This document shows positions 9,964 to 17,938 of a stretch of DNA of 32,000 nucleotides, piece after piece. The stretch lies in assembly GCF_000011805.1 (NCBI RefSeq), contig NC_006841.2, one strand, 5' to 3'. The notes under the pieces are model-generated. The model had not been told where the DNA came from. It saw only the letters and a list, made by a program, of their open reading frames with translations, and did not search any database. The stretch is from Aliivibrio fischeri ES114 (lineage in GTDB: Bacteria > Pseudomonadota > Gammaproteobacteria > Enterobacterales > Vibrionaceae). Within the stretch, counting starts at the first letter, position 1. Each line of letters opens with the position of its first letter. The translations under genes were made by a program, and so were the position numbers.

Positions 9964-10056
9964 TTGCGCAAGAGTATAATGATTTATCCCTAATGAAAGT
10001 TAACAATTTGGTGCATGAAGAAAATTATTTATTGATAAATTGATTTATAATAAAAA

Positions 10057-10956
10057 TCACAAACTGCGGATAGGCAACCAATATTCGACATCAATTATCC
10101 CTTGAGTCGTATCTGATCGATAAATTTCCAGATCAAAGCCCTCGATACCTTGATGGCCTGATGTCGGTAACCATTCAGATATAAGCCATTCAACAGATTT
10201 AGAAAAATCTTGTGCTGCACCTTTAAAGGGCAAAACAGCATACTCTTGTTCTGGAATCGTGATTATTTGTAAATCAGCTTTATGTAGGTTCAACTCATCA
10301 ATAGAAAGAGCGTCACAACTAATACCAGCCCAATAAAGTAAAAAGTCAGCATTCTCTTCACGAGTATCAATAACCGCATATTTCTGCTCTGGAATAGATG
10401 ATAAACACGTAATATACGTATCTAATGCATTCCACACCGAAGGGACTTTTTCGATAAAATCTGGAGTGTCAGATAAAATACCTTGTACTCTGGTGCTTAA
10501 TCCGAGCACTTTGAAACTGGGTTTATATTCAAGACGAACACGATAAAAATGTGAGTTAAGTAATGGGTCTACATTTACTTGCTTTAAAAATGGTTTTTGA
10601 ATCCCTATTTTTTTCGCTTGCTTTTGGTATTCACGTGGTGACTTATGAAAATATTGTTTAAATGCACGACTAAACGCAATTTCAGAAGTAAATCCATAAG
10701 AATAAGCGATATCTAACATACGCTTTTTTTTATCCAAAACCTCCAGTGCAGACATACTTAGACGTTGTTCTCGAACATATTGCGCAACATTCATACCTGT
10801 GTAATTCTGAAACACTCTTTGTAATTGCCATCGAGACCAACAGCTCATTTCTGCTAAAATTTCGACAGTTAATGGCTTATCTATATTTTGGTGGATAAAT
10901 ACCAAAATATTCTCAATTCGATTAAACGATTTATCTATTTCAAAATCGGTCGACAT
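10057..10956 (-). CDS. AraC/XylS-family regulator with Rob-like architecture (N-terminal double HTH plus C-terminal GyrI-like effector-binding domain)
   Basis: The N-terminal HTH_18-type region reads LTVEILAEMSCWSRWQLQRVFQNYTGMNVAQYVREQRL...FTSEIAFSRAFKQYFHKSPREY. The C-terminal ~170 aa resemble GyrI/SbmC-like domains. The ATG at 10956 has GGAG 6 nt upstream, and the track start at 10974 is less likely. Confidence 0.8.
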   Translation of the reverse strand: MSTDFEIDKSFNRIENILVFIHQNIDKPLTVEILAEMSCWSRWQLQRVFQNYTGMNVAQYVREQRLSMSALEVLDKKKRMLDIAYSYGFTSEIAFSRAFKQYFHKSPREYQKQAKKIGIQKPFLKQVNVDPLLNSHFYRVRLEYKPSFKVLGLSTRVQGILSDTPDFIEKVPSVWNALDTYITCLSSIPEQKYAVIDTREENADFLLYWAGISCDALSIDELNLHKADLQIITIPEQEYAVLPFKGAAQDFSKSVEWLISEWLPTSGHQGIEGFDLEIYRSDTTQGIIDVEYWLPIRSL

Positions 10957-11033
10957 ATAAAACTCCAAACACATTAACTCTATATAGCTTACATTGTGTT
11001 CTATGGCTTATCAAAAACATAACCGAGAAATAG

Positions 11034-11070
11034 TAAAATAAAAAACGGAAGACCCAACTGGATCTTCCGT
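11034..11070 (-). terminator. Rho-independent terminator of the PTS gene
   Basis: ACGGAAGA (11045-11052) pairs with TCTTCCGT (11063-11070). On the minus strand the stem is followed by TTTTTATTTT. Confidence 0.8.
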
Positions 11071-11095
11071 TTTAAAAGTGAATCAAATAATGCAG

Positions 11096-12706
11096 TTACA
11101 AATTATACTTATCGAGGATCTGATTCTTATATATCTCCGCTTGTGTGCCGTAAATGATTTGAACACCATTACCAGAGCGGATCACCCCTTTTGCTTGCAA
11201 TGATCGCCATACCTCATCAGAAGCGACAATATCCGTATCTTTTACTGTGACTCTCAAACGAGTAATACATGCGTCAAGGCTCTCAATATTGTTAATGCCT
11301 CCGAGTTCCTTCACTATATCGTCAATTAACTCTGATGATTTATTCTTTTTATAGCTGTCTCTTGTTTGCAGTTTATTATCTGCATCATTTCGCCCTGGAG
11401 TTGAATAATTGAACTTACGGATCATAAAACTAAAGATAAAGTAATAAACCACTGAATAAATTGGTCCTAAAATCAGGATCCACTGATAATCCGTTTTCTC
11501 TGTACCTTGTAATAGACCAAAGAAGGTAAAATCAATCAGGCCTCTTGAGAAGGTAATACCTACCGCCACATCTAGCATGTGCATTAACATGTAAGATAAT
11601 CCCTCAAGTACTGCATGAATCGCATACAATGCAGGAGCAACAAATAAGAAGGTAAACTCTAATGGCTCAGTAATACCGGTTAAAAACGACGTTAGCGCTG
11701 CCGAAATTAAAATGCCTTTAACCATCTTTTTATTTTTGTCATCGGCACAACGATACATAGCAAAAGCTGCAGCAGGCAAACCAAACATCATAGGTAAAAA
11801 GCCACCTGTCATTGTTCGAGTTGCTTCAGAGCTAAAATGCGTTACTGTTGGATCAGCAAGTTGTGCAAAAAATATTTTCTGACCACCAGAAACCATTTGC
11901 CCTGCAACTTCCTGCACTCCACCTAATTCGGTATACCAAAACAGAGGATAAATTGCGTGATGTAAGCCAAATACATTAAGAATACGCATTCCAGAGCCAT
12001 AGAAGAATGTACCTATGTATCCCATAGCGGAGAATGCCTCACCCGCTGCCACAATGCTTTTAAAGATAGTTGGCCAAATAATCGGAAACAAAAATGCCAA
12101 AGGAATAAAGTAAAGCATTGTCATTACTGGAACTAAACGGTTTCCACTAAAAAATGCCAGATAATCTGGTAACTGTTTATTTGAGTATTTATTCGTTAAA
12201 TATGCTGCTAATAAACCACAGATGATCCCACCAAACACCCCTGTTTGTAAGGTAAACATTCCTAATTCATGCGTATAAAGAGATGACAGGCCTACTGCTT
12301 CTACTGGGCCATAGCCCAAAGCAATGAGTCCATCAACCGTTGTCGTTTCAGGCGTTAATCCTTGGAAACCTAATATTGTTCCAATAACAGTGTGAAATAA
12401 TAGAAAACCAATCACCGCAGAAATTGCAGCCGTTTCTTTGTTTTTGTTTGCCATTCCGATTGCAACACCAACAGCAAATAAGAGCGGTAAATTCATAAAA
12501 ACAAACAAACCAGCTTTGAAACAAAGAATCAAAAATTGATTAGCCACAGTACCGGGCTGTAAAAAGGTTAGATTATATGTATCAATCAGTGGTCCACTGG
12601 TAAACGCCCCACCGACACCCAGTAAAATACCAGCCATCGGCAACACTGCTATTGGTAGCATAAATGCTCGACCAATCCTTTGTAGCATTGAAAATATGTT
12701 TTCCAT
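11096..12706 (-). CDS. PTS EIICB component of the glucose/maltose (MalX/GlvC-like) family, with no EIIA domain
   Basis: The EIIC core motifs are present (GLHHAIYPLFWY, ISAALTSFLTGITEPLEFTFLFVAP). The C-terminal EIIB domain carries the phospho-cysteine motif LDACITRLRV. Sugar specificity cannot be read from the sequence. Confidence 0.85.
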   Translation of the reverse strand: MENIFSMLQRIGRAFMLPIAVLPMAGILLGVGGAFTSGPLIDTYNLTFLQPGTVANQFLILCFKAGLFVFMNLPLLFAVGVAIGMANKNKETAAISAVIGFLLFHTVIGTILGFQGLTPETTTVDGLIALGYGPVEAVGLSSLYTHELGMFTLQTGVFGGIICGLLAAYLTNKYSNKQLPDYLAFFSGNRLVPVMTMLYFIPLAFLFPIIWPTIFKSIVAAGEAFSAMGYIGTFFYGSGMRILNVFGLHHAIYPLFWYTELGGVQEVAGQMVSGGQKIFFAQLADPTVTHFSSEATRTMTGGFLPMMFGLPAAAFAMYRCADDKNKKMVKGILISAALTSFLTGITEPLEFTFLFVAPALYAIHAVLEGLSYMLMHMLDVAVGITFSRGLIDFTFFGLLQGTEKTDYQWILILGPIYSVVYYFIFSFMIRKFNYSTPGRNDADNKLQTRDSYKKNKSSELIDDIVKELGGINNIESLDACITRLRVTVKDTDIVASDEVWRSLQAKGVIRSGNGVQIIYGTQAEIYKNQILDKYNL

Positions 12707-12941
12707 TTTTATCTCCAGTTAACAAATAGACCTAACCAATAACCAATCTGATTTTTATTTCATTAAATAAATTATTATGAAGTTATACTCCAAAAGATAG
12801 CATTACGGAGTTTAACTTCAAGATGCAAAAGTTGTAATGTAGATCTACTTCAATGATTTTTTGATAAAACGAAAATTAAGTGTGATTTAGAGCGGATTAA
12901 ATCGAGAAGTGAGCATTTTTCGATAATGCCGAATTTAAAAC

Positions 12942-12972
12942 AAAAAAAATGGAAGCGATGAGTCGCTTCCAT
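12942..12972 (-). terminator. Rho-independent terminator of ybiT
   Basis: ATGGAAGCGA (12949-12958) pairs with TCGCTTCCAT (12963-12972). On the minus strand the stem is followed by a T8 run. Confidence 0.85.
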
Positions 12973-12999
12973 TTAATTTGATTAAAAGAAAATCAGGAA

Positions 13000-14595
13000 T
13001 TAGCCTTTAAGACCTTGTTTCTTTAGGTATTCTTCGTATGTACCGTGGAAATCGTTCACGCCATCTTTTGTGATTTCGATAATGCGTGTTGCAATTGAAG
13101 ATACGAACTGACGGTCATGAGATACAAACATTAATGTACCTTTGTAGTTCTCTAGAGCCAAGTTCAATGCTTCAATTGATTCCATATCCATGTGGTTTGT
13201 TGGTTCATCCATAAGAAGGATGTTTGGCTTTTGCATGATCAGCTTACCAAATAACATACGACCTTGCTCACCACCAGAAATCACTTTAACTGATTTCTTA
13301 ATGTCGTTTTGAGAGAAAAGCATACGACCAAGAATGCCACGAACCACTTGTTCGTCATCGCCTTCTTGTTTCCACTGACCCATCCAATCTAATAGGTTTA
13401 GATCTTCTGCAAAGTCGTGACCGTGATCTTGAGCATAGAAACCAATATTGTTATTTTCAGACCATTTGATCATGCCTGACATTGGTTCCATTGCACCAGC
13501 TAACGTGTTTAAGAACGTTGATTTACCGATACCATTCTCACCGATGATCGCGATACGCTCACCCACTTCAACCATTAGGTTTACACCGTTGATTAAAATG
13601 TTTTCACCGTAACCTTGTTTTAAACCTTCCACTTCTAACGCATTACGGAAAAGTGGTTTCTCTTGGTCAAAACGGATAAATGGAGATTGACGGCTTGATG
13701 CTTTGATCTCAGTTAATTGAATTTTATCCAGTTGTTTTTGACGAGAGGTTGCTTGTTTCGCTTTTGATGCGTTTGCAGAGAAACGGCTTACGAACGTTTG
13801 TAAGTCAGCAATTTGTGCTTTCTTCTTCGCATTATCTGCTTGAAGTTGTTCACGAGCTTGTTCTGCTGCTGTCATGTACTCATCGTAGTTACCTGGGAAC
13901 AGGCAAAGTTCACCGTAATCTAAGTCAGCCATGTGCGTACATACTGAGTTTAAGAAATGACGGTCGTGCGAGATAATGATCATTGTACAGTTACGAGCAA
14001 GAAGGATATCTTCTAACCACGCAATAGTGTGCATGTCCAAGTTGTTCGTTGGTTCATCAAGAAGCATGATGTCAGGTTCTGCAAATAGAACTTGTGCTAA
14101 AAGAACACGAACTTTAAGACCAGGAGCAACTTCACTCATTAAACCAAAGTGTTGTGATTCAGGAAGACCTAAACCTAATAGAAGTTCACCCGCACGAGCT
14201 TCAGCAGAGTAACCATCCATTTCAGCGAATTCAGTTTCTAAATCACCAACACGCATACCATCTTCATCAGACATTTCTGGTAAAGAATAGATACGGTCGC
14301 GTTCTTCTTTGATTTTCCACAGTTCTTTATGACCCATGATAACAGTGTCAATTACTGTGTATTCTTCAAATGCGAACTGATCTTGACCTAATTTAGCCAT
14401 ACGCTCATTAGGATCAGTTGATACTGTACCTGCTGATTGCTCCAACTCTCCACCCAAGATTTTCATAAAGGTAGATTTACCACAGCCATTCGCGCCGATT
14501 AAACCGTAACGGTTACCGTTACCAAACTTAACAGAAATATTTTCAAAAAGTGGCTTATCGCCAAATTGCATTGTGATGTTAGCAGTCGTTAGCAC
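13000..14595 (-). CDS. ybiT: ABC-F family ATPase (two ABC domains, no TM domain), YbiT-like
   Basis: The protein has two Walker A motifs ([18 protein letters not shown]) and two signature motifs (LKVRVLLA region, ISGGEQGR). As far as I remember E. coli YbiT, the two align end to end ([30 protein letters not shown]). The track start at 14607 is a TTG without an SD. The GVG-type start GTG at 14595 matches the YbiT N-terminus better. The start remains uncertain. Confidence 0.85.
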   Translation of the reverse strand: MLTTANITMQFGDKPLFENISVKFGNGNRYGLIGANGCGKSTFMKILGGELEQSAGTVSTDPNERMAKLGQDQFAFEEYTVIDTVIMGHKELWKIKEERDRIYSLPEMSDEDGMRVGDLETEFAEMDGYSAEARAGELLLGLGLPESQHFGLMSEVAPGLKVRVLLAQVLFAEPDIMLLDEPTNNLDMHTIAWLEDILLARNCTMIIISHDRHFLNSVCTHMADLDYGELCLFPGNYDEYMTAAEQAREQLQADNAKKKAQIADLQTFVSRFSANASKAKQATSRQKQLDKIQLTEIKASSRQSPFIRFDQEKPLFRNALEVEGLKQGYGENILINGVNLMVEVGERIAIIGENGIGKSTFLNTLAGAMEPMSGMIKWSENNNIGFYAQDHGHDFAEDLNLLDWMGQWKQEGDDEQVVRGILGRMLFSQNDIKKSVKVISGGEQGRMLFGKLIMQKPNILLMDEPTNHMDMESIEALNLALENYKGTLMFVSHDRQFVSSIATRIIEITKDGVNDFHGTYEEYLKKQGLKG

Positions 14596-14624
14596 AGTAC
14601 ATTCCAATTATTGATCAATGAGAC

Positions 14625-14656
14625 AGAAAAAAGCTGGTACAAAAACCAGCTTTTCA
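14625..14656 (-). terminator. Bidirectional-type hairpin terminator after the 134-aa gene, lying only ~35 nt upstream of the ybiT start
   Basis: AAAAGCTGGT (14629-14638) pairs with ACCAGCTTTT (14645-14654). The minus strand continues with a T run. Confidence 0.7.
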
Positions 14657-14719
14657 AATTTAGGGGGAGTATAGCAGCATTTGTGATTTCCATCACTTTT
14701 TATTCTGTTTCATTATTTA

Positions 14720-15124
14720 TCAACGACTCACACGATAACCAATTAATGAAGGAACTTCACAATCCATAGTTTCTATATAGATATTTCGCTCTCTCCACAT
14801 CACTTCCATATCGTATAGACAAAATGAATATTGTTTAGGGTCAATCAGCCATTTATGTTTAATTTTTACTGATACAGACGTAAATAACTCATTATCATTT
14901 CCCCACCATGCTAAAACTAAATACTTATAGTTCTCTCCATCATGATAAATAGCAAACGCGGCGGTTTCTCGCCAATTAACCTCTGATTGAGACTTAACTG
15001 TAGCAAGTCGTTTATTAAACATTGAGATATTAATTGGTTTATTTTCCGCTGATATTGTATAAATTTTAATCCCATCAATATCTATCCAATGCACATCACT
15101 TTCTATTGTTCTCGGTTGGTACAT
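14720..15124 (-). CDS. Hypothetical protein (134 aa) of no family I recognise
   Basis: The ORF is long, has its own TATAAT-like element upstream and its own terminator downstream. It has no TM segment or signal peptide. The distinctive motif is LVLAWWGNDNELF. Confidence 0.6.
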   Translation of the reverse strand: MYQPRTIESDVHWIDIDGIKIYTISAENKPINISMFNKRLATVKSQSEVNWRETAAFAIYHDGENYKYLVLAWWGNDNELFTSVSVKIKHKWLIDPKQYSFCLYDMEVMWRERNIYIETMDCEVPSLIGYRVSR

Positions 15125-15309
15125 GACTCATCCCTAGCCTGTAAATAAAAGATATAAAACAGTTGTCATTATTATAGGTTATTGAAATATAATAGGATGA
15201 CCGACCTGGATTGTGTATAAATTAACCACTAAAACCTTTGCAATGCGATCAACTACTCTTTTATCTGAGCTTTTATTGCAACAAATACTTCTAATAAAAA
15301 TACAGTACA

Positions 15310-15339
15310 TAAAAAAGGCCTAAACCGAAGTCTAAGCCT
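15310..15339 (-). terminator. Rho-independent terminator of the VOC gene
   Basis: On the minus strand, GGCTTAGAC-TTCG-GTTTAGGCC forms a 9-bp stem (with G-U pairs) closed by a UUCG tetraloop. It is followed by TTTTTT. Confidence 0.8.
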
Positions 15340-15353
15340 TAATCATCTTAATT

Positions 15354-15839
15354 TTACTCGTACTCAGCAGAATACGTTTCTTTATACGTATGAGAATAAA
15401 GTTCAAATAAGTTGCCAAATGGGTCTTCTAAATACACCATTTGTGATGTGTTGTTATCATCTTCTGGGTGGTAACGCATAATATCCATTCGTACTTTACC
15501 GCCAAACTCTTCAGTACGAGCGATCACGCCGTGAAAGTCATCTGTTTGAAGACAGAAATGGAAGATACCGATTCGAGAGAAATCAACTTCATGACGTTCT
15601 TGACGCTCTTTCATTTCAAATAACTCAAAACCAATGCCGTCTTTTGTTAATAAGTGTGCAATATTGAAACCTTTAAAGCCTTCACCAAATACAGCAATAC
15701 ACATTCTGCCAATTGCGGTTTCACGCTCTTCTTCAACTTTTGTGTTACCCATTACCACTTCAAGACCAAGCGCTTTTGTGTAAAACTCAACCGCTTTATC
15801 CATATCGCCAACCATGATGCCTACGTGATTCATTTTCAT
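15354..15839 (-). CDS. VOC-family (glyoxalase / bleomycin-resistance / dioxygenase fold) protein
   Basis: The N-terminus MNHVGIMVGDMDKAVEFYTKALGLEV is a typical VOC beta-alpha-beta-beta-beta module. A second module lies around IFHFCLQTDD...EDPFGNLFELY. Confidence 0.8.
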   Translation of the reverse strand: MKMNHVGIMVGDMDKAVEFYTKALGLEVVMGNTKVEEERETAIGRMCIAVFGEGFKGFNIAHLLTKDGIGFELFEMKERQERHEVDFSRIGIFHFCLQTDDFHGVIARTEEFGGKVRMDIMRYHPEDDNNTSQMVYLEDPFGNLFELYSHTYKETYSAEYE

Positions 15840-15907
15840 AAATTACCTCAAATTAAGTTTTATAATTCGTTGTTCGTTTCGATGAGGTAATAATAGTAAA
15901 CTCGTTT

Positions 15908-15924
15908 GATAATATGAAATTATC
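15908..15924. promoter_or_regulatory. Perfect palindrome GATAAT-N5-ATTATC upstream of the VOC gene (candidate operator)
   Basis: GATAATATGAAATTATC lies 70-85 nt upstream of the VOC start. A further TGATAAT occurs 16 nt away at 15939-15945. Confidence 0.35.
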
Positions 15925-15960
15925 GATATTTATTATTTTGATAATTTATTGTTATAACAA

Positions 15961-15992
15961 AAGTAAAAGGCTCAACCTAAGTCAGAGCCTTT
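15961..15992 (-). terminator. Rho-independent terminator of catB
   Basis: AAGGCTC (15967-15973) pairs with GAGCCTT (15986-15992). On the minus strand the stem is followed by TTACTTTT. Confidence 0.65.
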
Positions 15993-16005
15993 AAACTAAT
16001 ATCAA

Positions 16006-16662
16006 TTAAGAGCCTACATTCTTTATAAAATACTGCTCTAATTCTTCAATATGCCCACTACATAGGATCTCCATTGTATTTTTAATGTGTTGCAGTGGCC
16101 AATCCCACCACTTTATGACTAATAATGTTTGAATTAAATTTTCATCAAATCGTTTTTTAACCACCACATTATTTCCTACCACAACGGAATAAGGTGCCAC
16201 ATTTTTAGTAATAACGGCTCTAGCTCCAATGATTGCACCATCTCCAATATGAACGCCAGGCATAATCATTGCCTCACTACCAATCCATACATCGTTACCC
16301 ACAATGGTATCGCCAGCTCTTTGAAAGCCATCTTTCACACCTTCGCCAAACTCTTTTTTTGAAAATGGAAATGTTGATATCCAATCGGCTCTATGTCCTT
16401 GATTGCCAGCCATCATAAATGTTGCCCCTGATGCAATAGAGCAAAATTTACCTATTCGGAGTTTATCAACCTCTCCAAACTGTCCGCTCTCCCACACTTC
16501 TTGTGTAGGAGCATCTCCTAATAAGTAACGAACAGCTTGCTCCTCAAAGGTCTTAGAGTGATAAAAACCTGAATAATAGCTATAATCTCCAACTTCAATA
16601 TTTGGGTTCTTAACCTGTTCTTTGAGGTTTTGACCTTCAAGCCAACTATTAAACGCTTCCAT
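16006..16662 (-). CDS. catB: Type-B chloramphenicol O-acetyltransferase / xenobiotic acetyltransferase (hexapeptide-repeat XAT family)
   Basis: There are strong matches to remembered CatB signatures: QVKNPNIEVGDYSYYSGFYH, MMAGNQGHRADWISTFPF (catalytic His), FQRAGDTIVGNDVWIGSEAMIMPGVHIGDGAIIG, and IKWWDWPL. Confidence 0.85.
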   Translation of the reverse strand: MEAFNSWLEGQNLKEQVKNPNIEVGDYSYYSGFYHSKTFEEQAVRYLLGDAPTQEVWESGQFGEVDKLRIGKFCSIASGATFMMAGNQGHRADWISTFPFSKKEFGEGVKDGFQRAGDTIVGNDVWIGSEAMIMPGVHIGDGAIIGARAVITKNVAPYSVVVGNNVVVKKRFDENLIQTLLVIKWWDWPLQHIKNTMEILCSGHIEELEQYFIKNVGS

Positions 16663-16703
16663 TTATTCTTTCTCTTAAATTAATCTTGCTGAAAGTATAA
16701 TCA

Positions 16704-16727
16704 GTCTCTATTATTTCCAGTAGAGAC
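16704..16727. promoter_or_regulatory. Inverted repeat GTCTCTA-N10-TAGAGAC in the catB/lysR divergent promoter region (candidate LysR-type operator)
   Basis: The two 7-bp arms are perfect, at 16704-16710 and 16721-16727. The repeat sits just downstream of a plus-strand TATAAT (16696-16701) and over the -35 region of a minus-strand TATACT (16699..16694). Confidence 0.5.
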
Positions 16728-16751
16728 CATTTAGATAAACAGAATTACCAT

Positions 16752-17660
16752 ATGGAAATAAAGTGGCTTCACTACATCCCTATTTATGTTGCCTTATGCG
16801 AAGAGAGAAGCATTGCTGGAGCAGCCAAAAGATTAAAGTGTTCGAATGCACACATAAGTAGACAACTACAACAATTAGAAAGCATTTTATCTGTTCAACT
16901 CATTCACAGAACAACGCGACAATTCAATCTTACTTATGATGGAATTGAATTTTACAAACAAGCAAAGCATCTACTAGACAGTGCCGAAGCCATCAACGCA
17001 AAATTATTATCACCTGAAAGCATGGCTGGTAAGTTACGTATTGCTGCTTCTGCGTCATTTGGTTCGATATTACTAACAGAACCCCTCGCTGAATTCTGTC
17101 GAACATATCCGAAAATAGATATTGAAGTTATCTTTACAGAAAGTCCTTTGGATCTTATCGAGCTTGGTTTTGATGTGGCTTTTTATCTGACTAATTCCCC
17201 ACCGGAAGGGTATGTAGGTCATTATTTTCGCTCATTGCAGTGCAAACCCTTTGCTCATATAAATTATATGCGGAACCAAGGGGAAGTTACCCACCCTTCA
17301 CACCTAAATAAGTTAAACCATATTCTTTATAAAAATACGGATTTCACACTAAATAATTGGACCTTTAATAATATAAAATCAAAAGAGAATATAGCGATTA
17401 ATCTTGAAGGCTCTTTTAGCGTTAATTTGGTTGCATCTATGGTAGACGCAATGCTAAATGAGTGCGGTGTTGCTATGTTGGATGAGTTAGCATTGTCTAA
17501 ATTGTCACAAACAAAAAGAAATGAAATCGTTCAATTAATCCCAAGTTGGGAAACACAGCCAATACTCCCTTTATATCTTCTCTATCCTAAAAGAAAACAT
17601 TTACCTCAGCGAACAAAACTATTCGTTGATTTCTTTAGAGATTACTTAGGTAATATTTAA
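16752..17660 (+). CDS. LysR-family transcriptional regulator, divergent from catB
   Basis: The N-terminal wHTH reads SIAGAAKRLKCSNAHISRQLQQLESILSVQLIHRTTRQFNLTYDG, and a C-terminal LysR substrate-binding domain follows. Confidence 0.88.
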   Translation: MEIKWLHYIPIYVALCEERSIAGAAKRLKCSNAHISRQLQQLESILSVQLIHRTTRQFNLTYDGIEFYKQAKHLLDSAEAINAKLLSPESMAGKLRIAASASFGSILLTEPLAEFCRTYPKIDIEVIFTESPLDLIELGFDVAFYLTNSPPEGYVGHYFRSLQCKPFAHINYMRNQGEVTHPSHLNKLNHILYKNTDFTLNNWTFNNIKSKENIAINLEGSFSVNLVASMVDAMLNECGVAMLDELALSKLSQTKRNEIVQLIPSWETQPILPLYLLYPKRKHLPQRTKLFVDFFRDYLGNI

Positions 17661-17701
17661 TAAAAGCAATACGCTACCAACCAATCAACCTTCTGAAAAA
17701 C

Positions 17702-17730
17702 AAAAAAGCGAGCCATCATAGCTCGCTTTT
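17702..17730. terminator. Bidirectional terminator (copy of the ackA terminator) serving LysR (+) and the hydrolase gene (-)
   Basis: AGCGAGC (17707-17713) pairs with GCTCGCT (17721-17727). The stem is flanked by an A6 run and a T4 run. Confidence 0.75.
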
Positions 17731-17754
17731 CAATATTCTGTATGTTAGAAGAAA

Positions 17755-17805
17755 TTACAGCAGTTCAACCGATTGTTGTGCAATTACAAATTCTTCGTTA
17801 GTTGG
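17755..17805 (-). pseudogene. ackA: Truncated 3' remnant of acetate kinase (last 16 codons plus stop)
   Basis: The minus strand reads PTNEEFVIAQQSVELL*, identical in protein to the C-terminus of the intact ackA at 19937. Homology stops at 17805, and an in-frame stop lies at 17830-17832. Confidence 0.85.
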
Positions 17806-17938
17806 CAAAGTATTAGTACAGCACACACATTACAGCGTACTTCAGCAAACTTTTGGACAAAAGCTGTTAGAGTCTGAACTACTCAAATTTCCGAGCCTCA
17901 TATTTAAACAGTAAACTGTGCATAACTTTGAATTTTAT

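Larger units (their letters stand above)
17697..17805. repeat. Direct repeat copy A (ackA 3' end plus terminator plus spacer), ~95% identical to 19878-19987
   Basis: Hand alignment gives 4 substitutions (17744, 17761, 17782, 17788) and a 1-nt A-run indel over 109 and 110 bp. Confidence 0.9.

Noticed and set aside
9961-9974. A 14-bp perfect palindrome CTCTTGCGCAAGAG lies between the AraC gene and the receptor gene and could be the AraC gene's terminator.
   Set aside because: It gives only a 5-bp stem with a 4-nt loop as RNA, and no U-tract follows on the minus strand. It abuts the Fur box and the -10 region and is more likely part of the promoter or operator architecture, or chance.
12707-12941. 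CRP half-sites (TCACA) and short inverted repeats (AACTT...AAGTT, GCATT...AATGC) lie upstream of the PTS gene and could be CRP or Mlc/NagC operators.
   Set aside because: No full-length match to TGTGA-N6-TCACA or to a Mlc/NagC-type palindrome could be aligned by eye. The repeats are only 5 bp long in very AT-rich DNA.
14720-16662. The three small same-strand genes (orphan, VOC, catB) look like integron gene cassettes, because VOC and catB are classic cassette cargo in Vibrio superintegrons.
   Set aside because: The spacers contain only short 7-9-bp terminator hairpins with T-runs. There are no 60-130-bp attC-type imperfect palindromes with RYYYAAC/GTTRRRY cores. No intI, attI or repeated VCR-like unit is visible. 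The two terminators at 15317-15338 and 15967-15992 share a loose motif (AAGGC..AACC.AAGTC..AGCCTT), but it is too short to call a repeat family.
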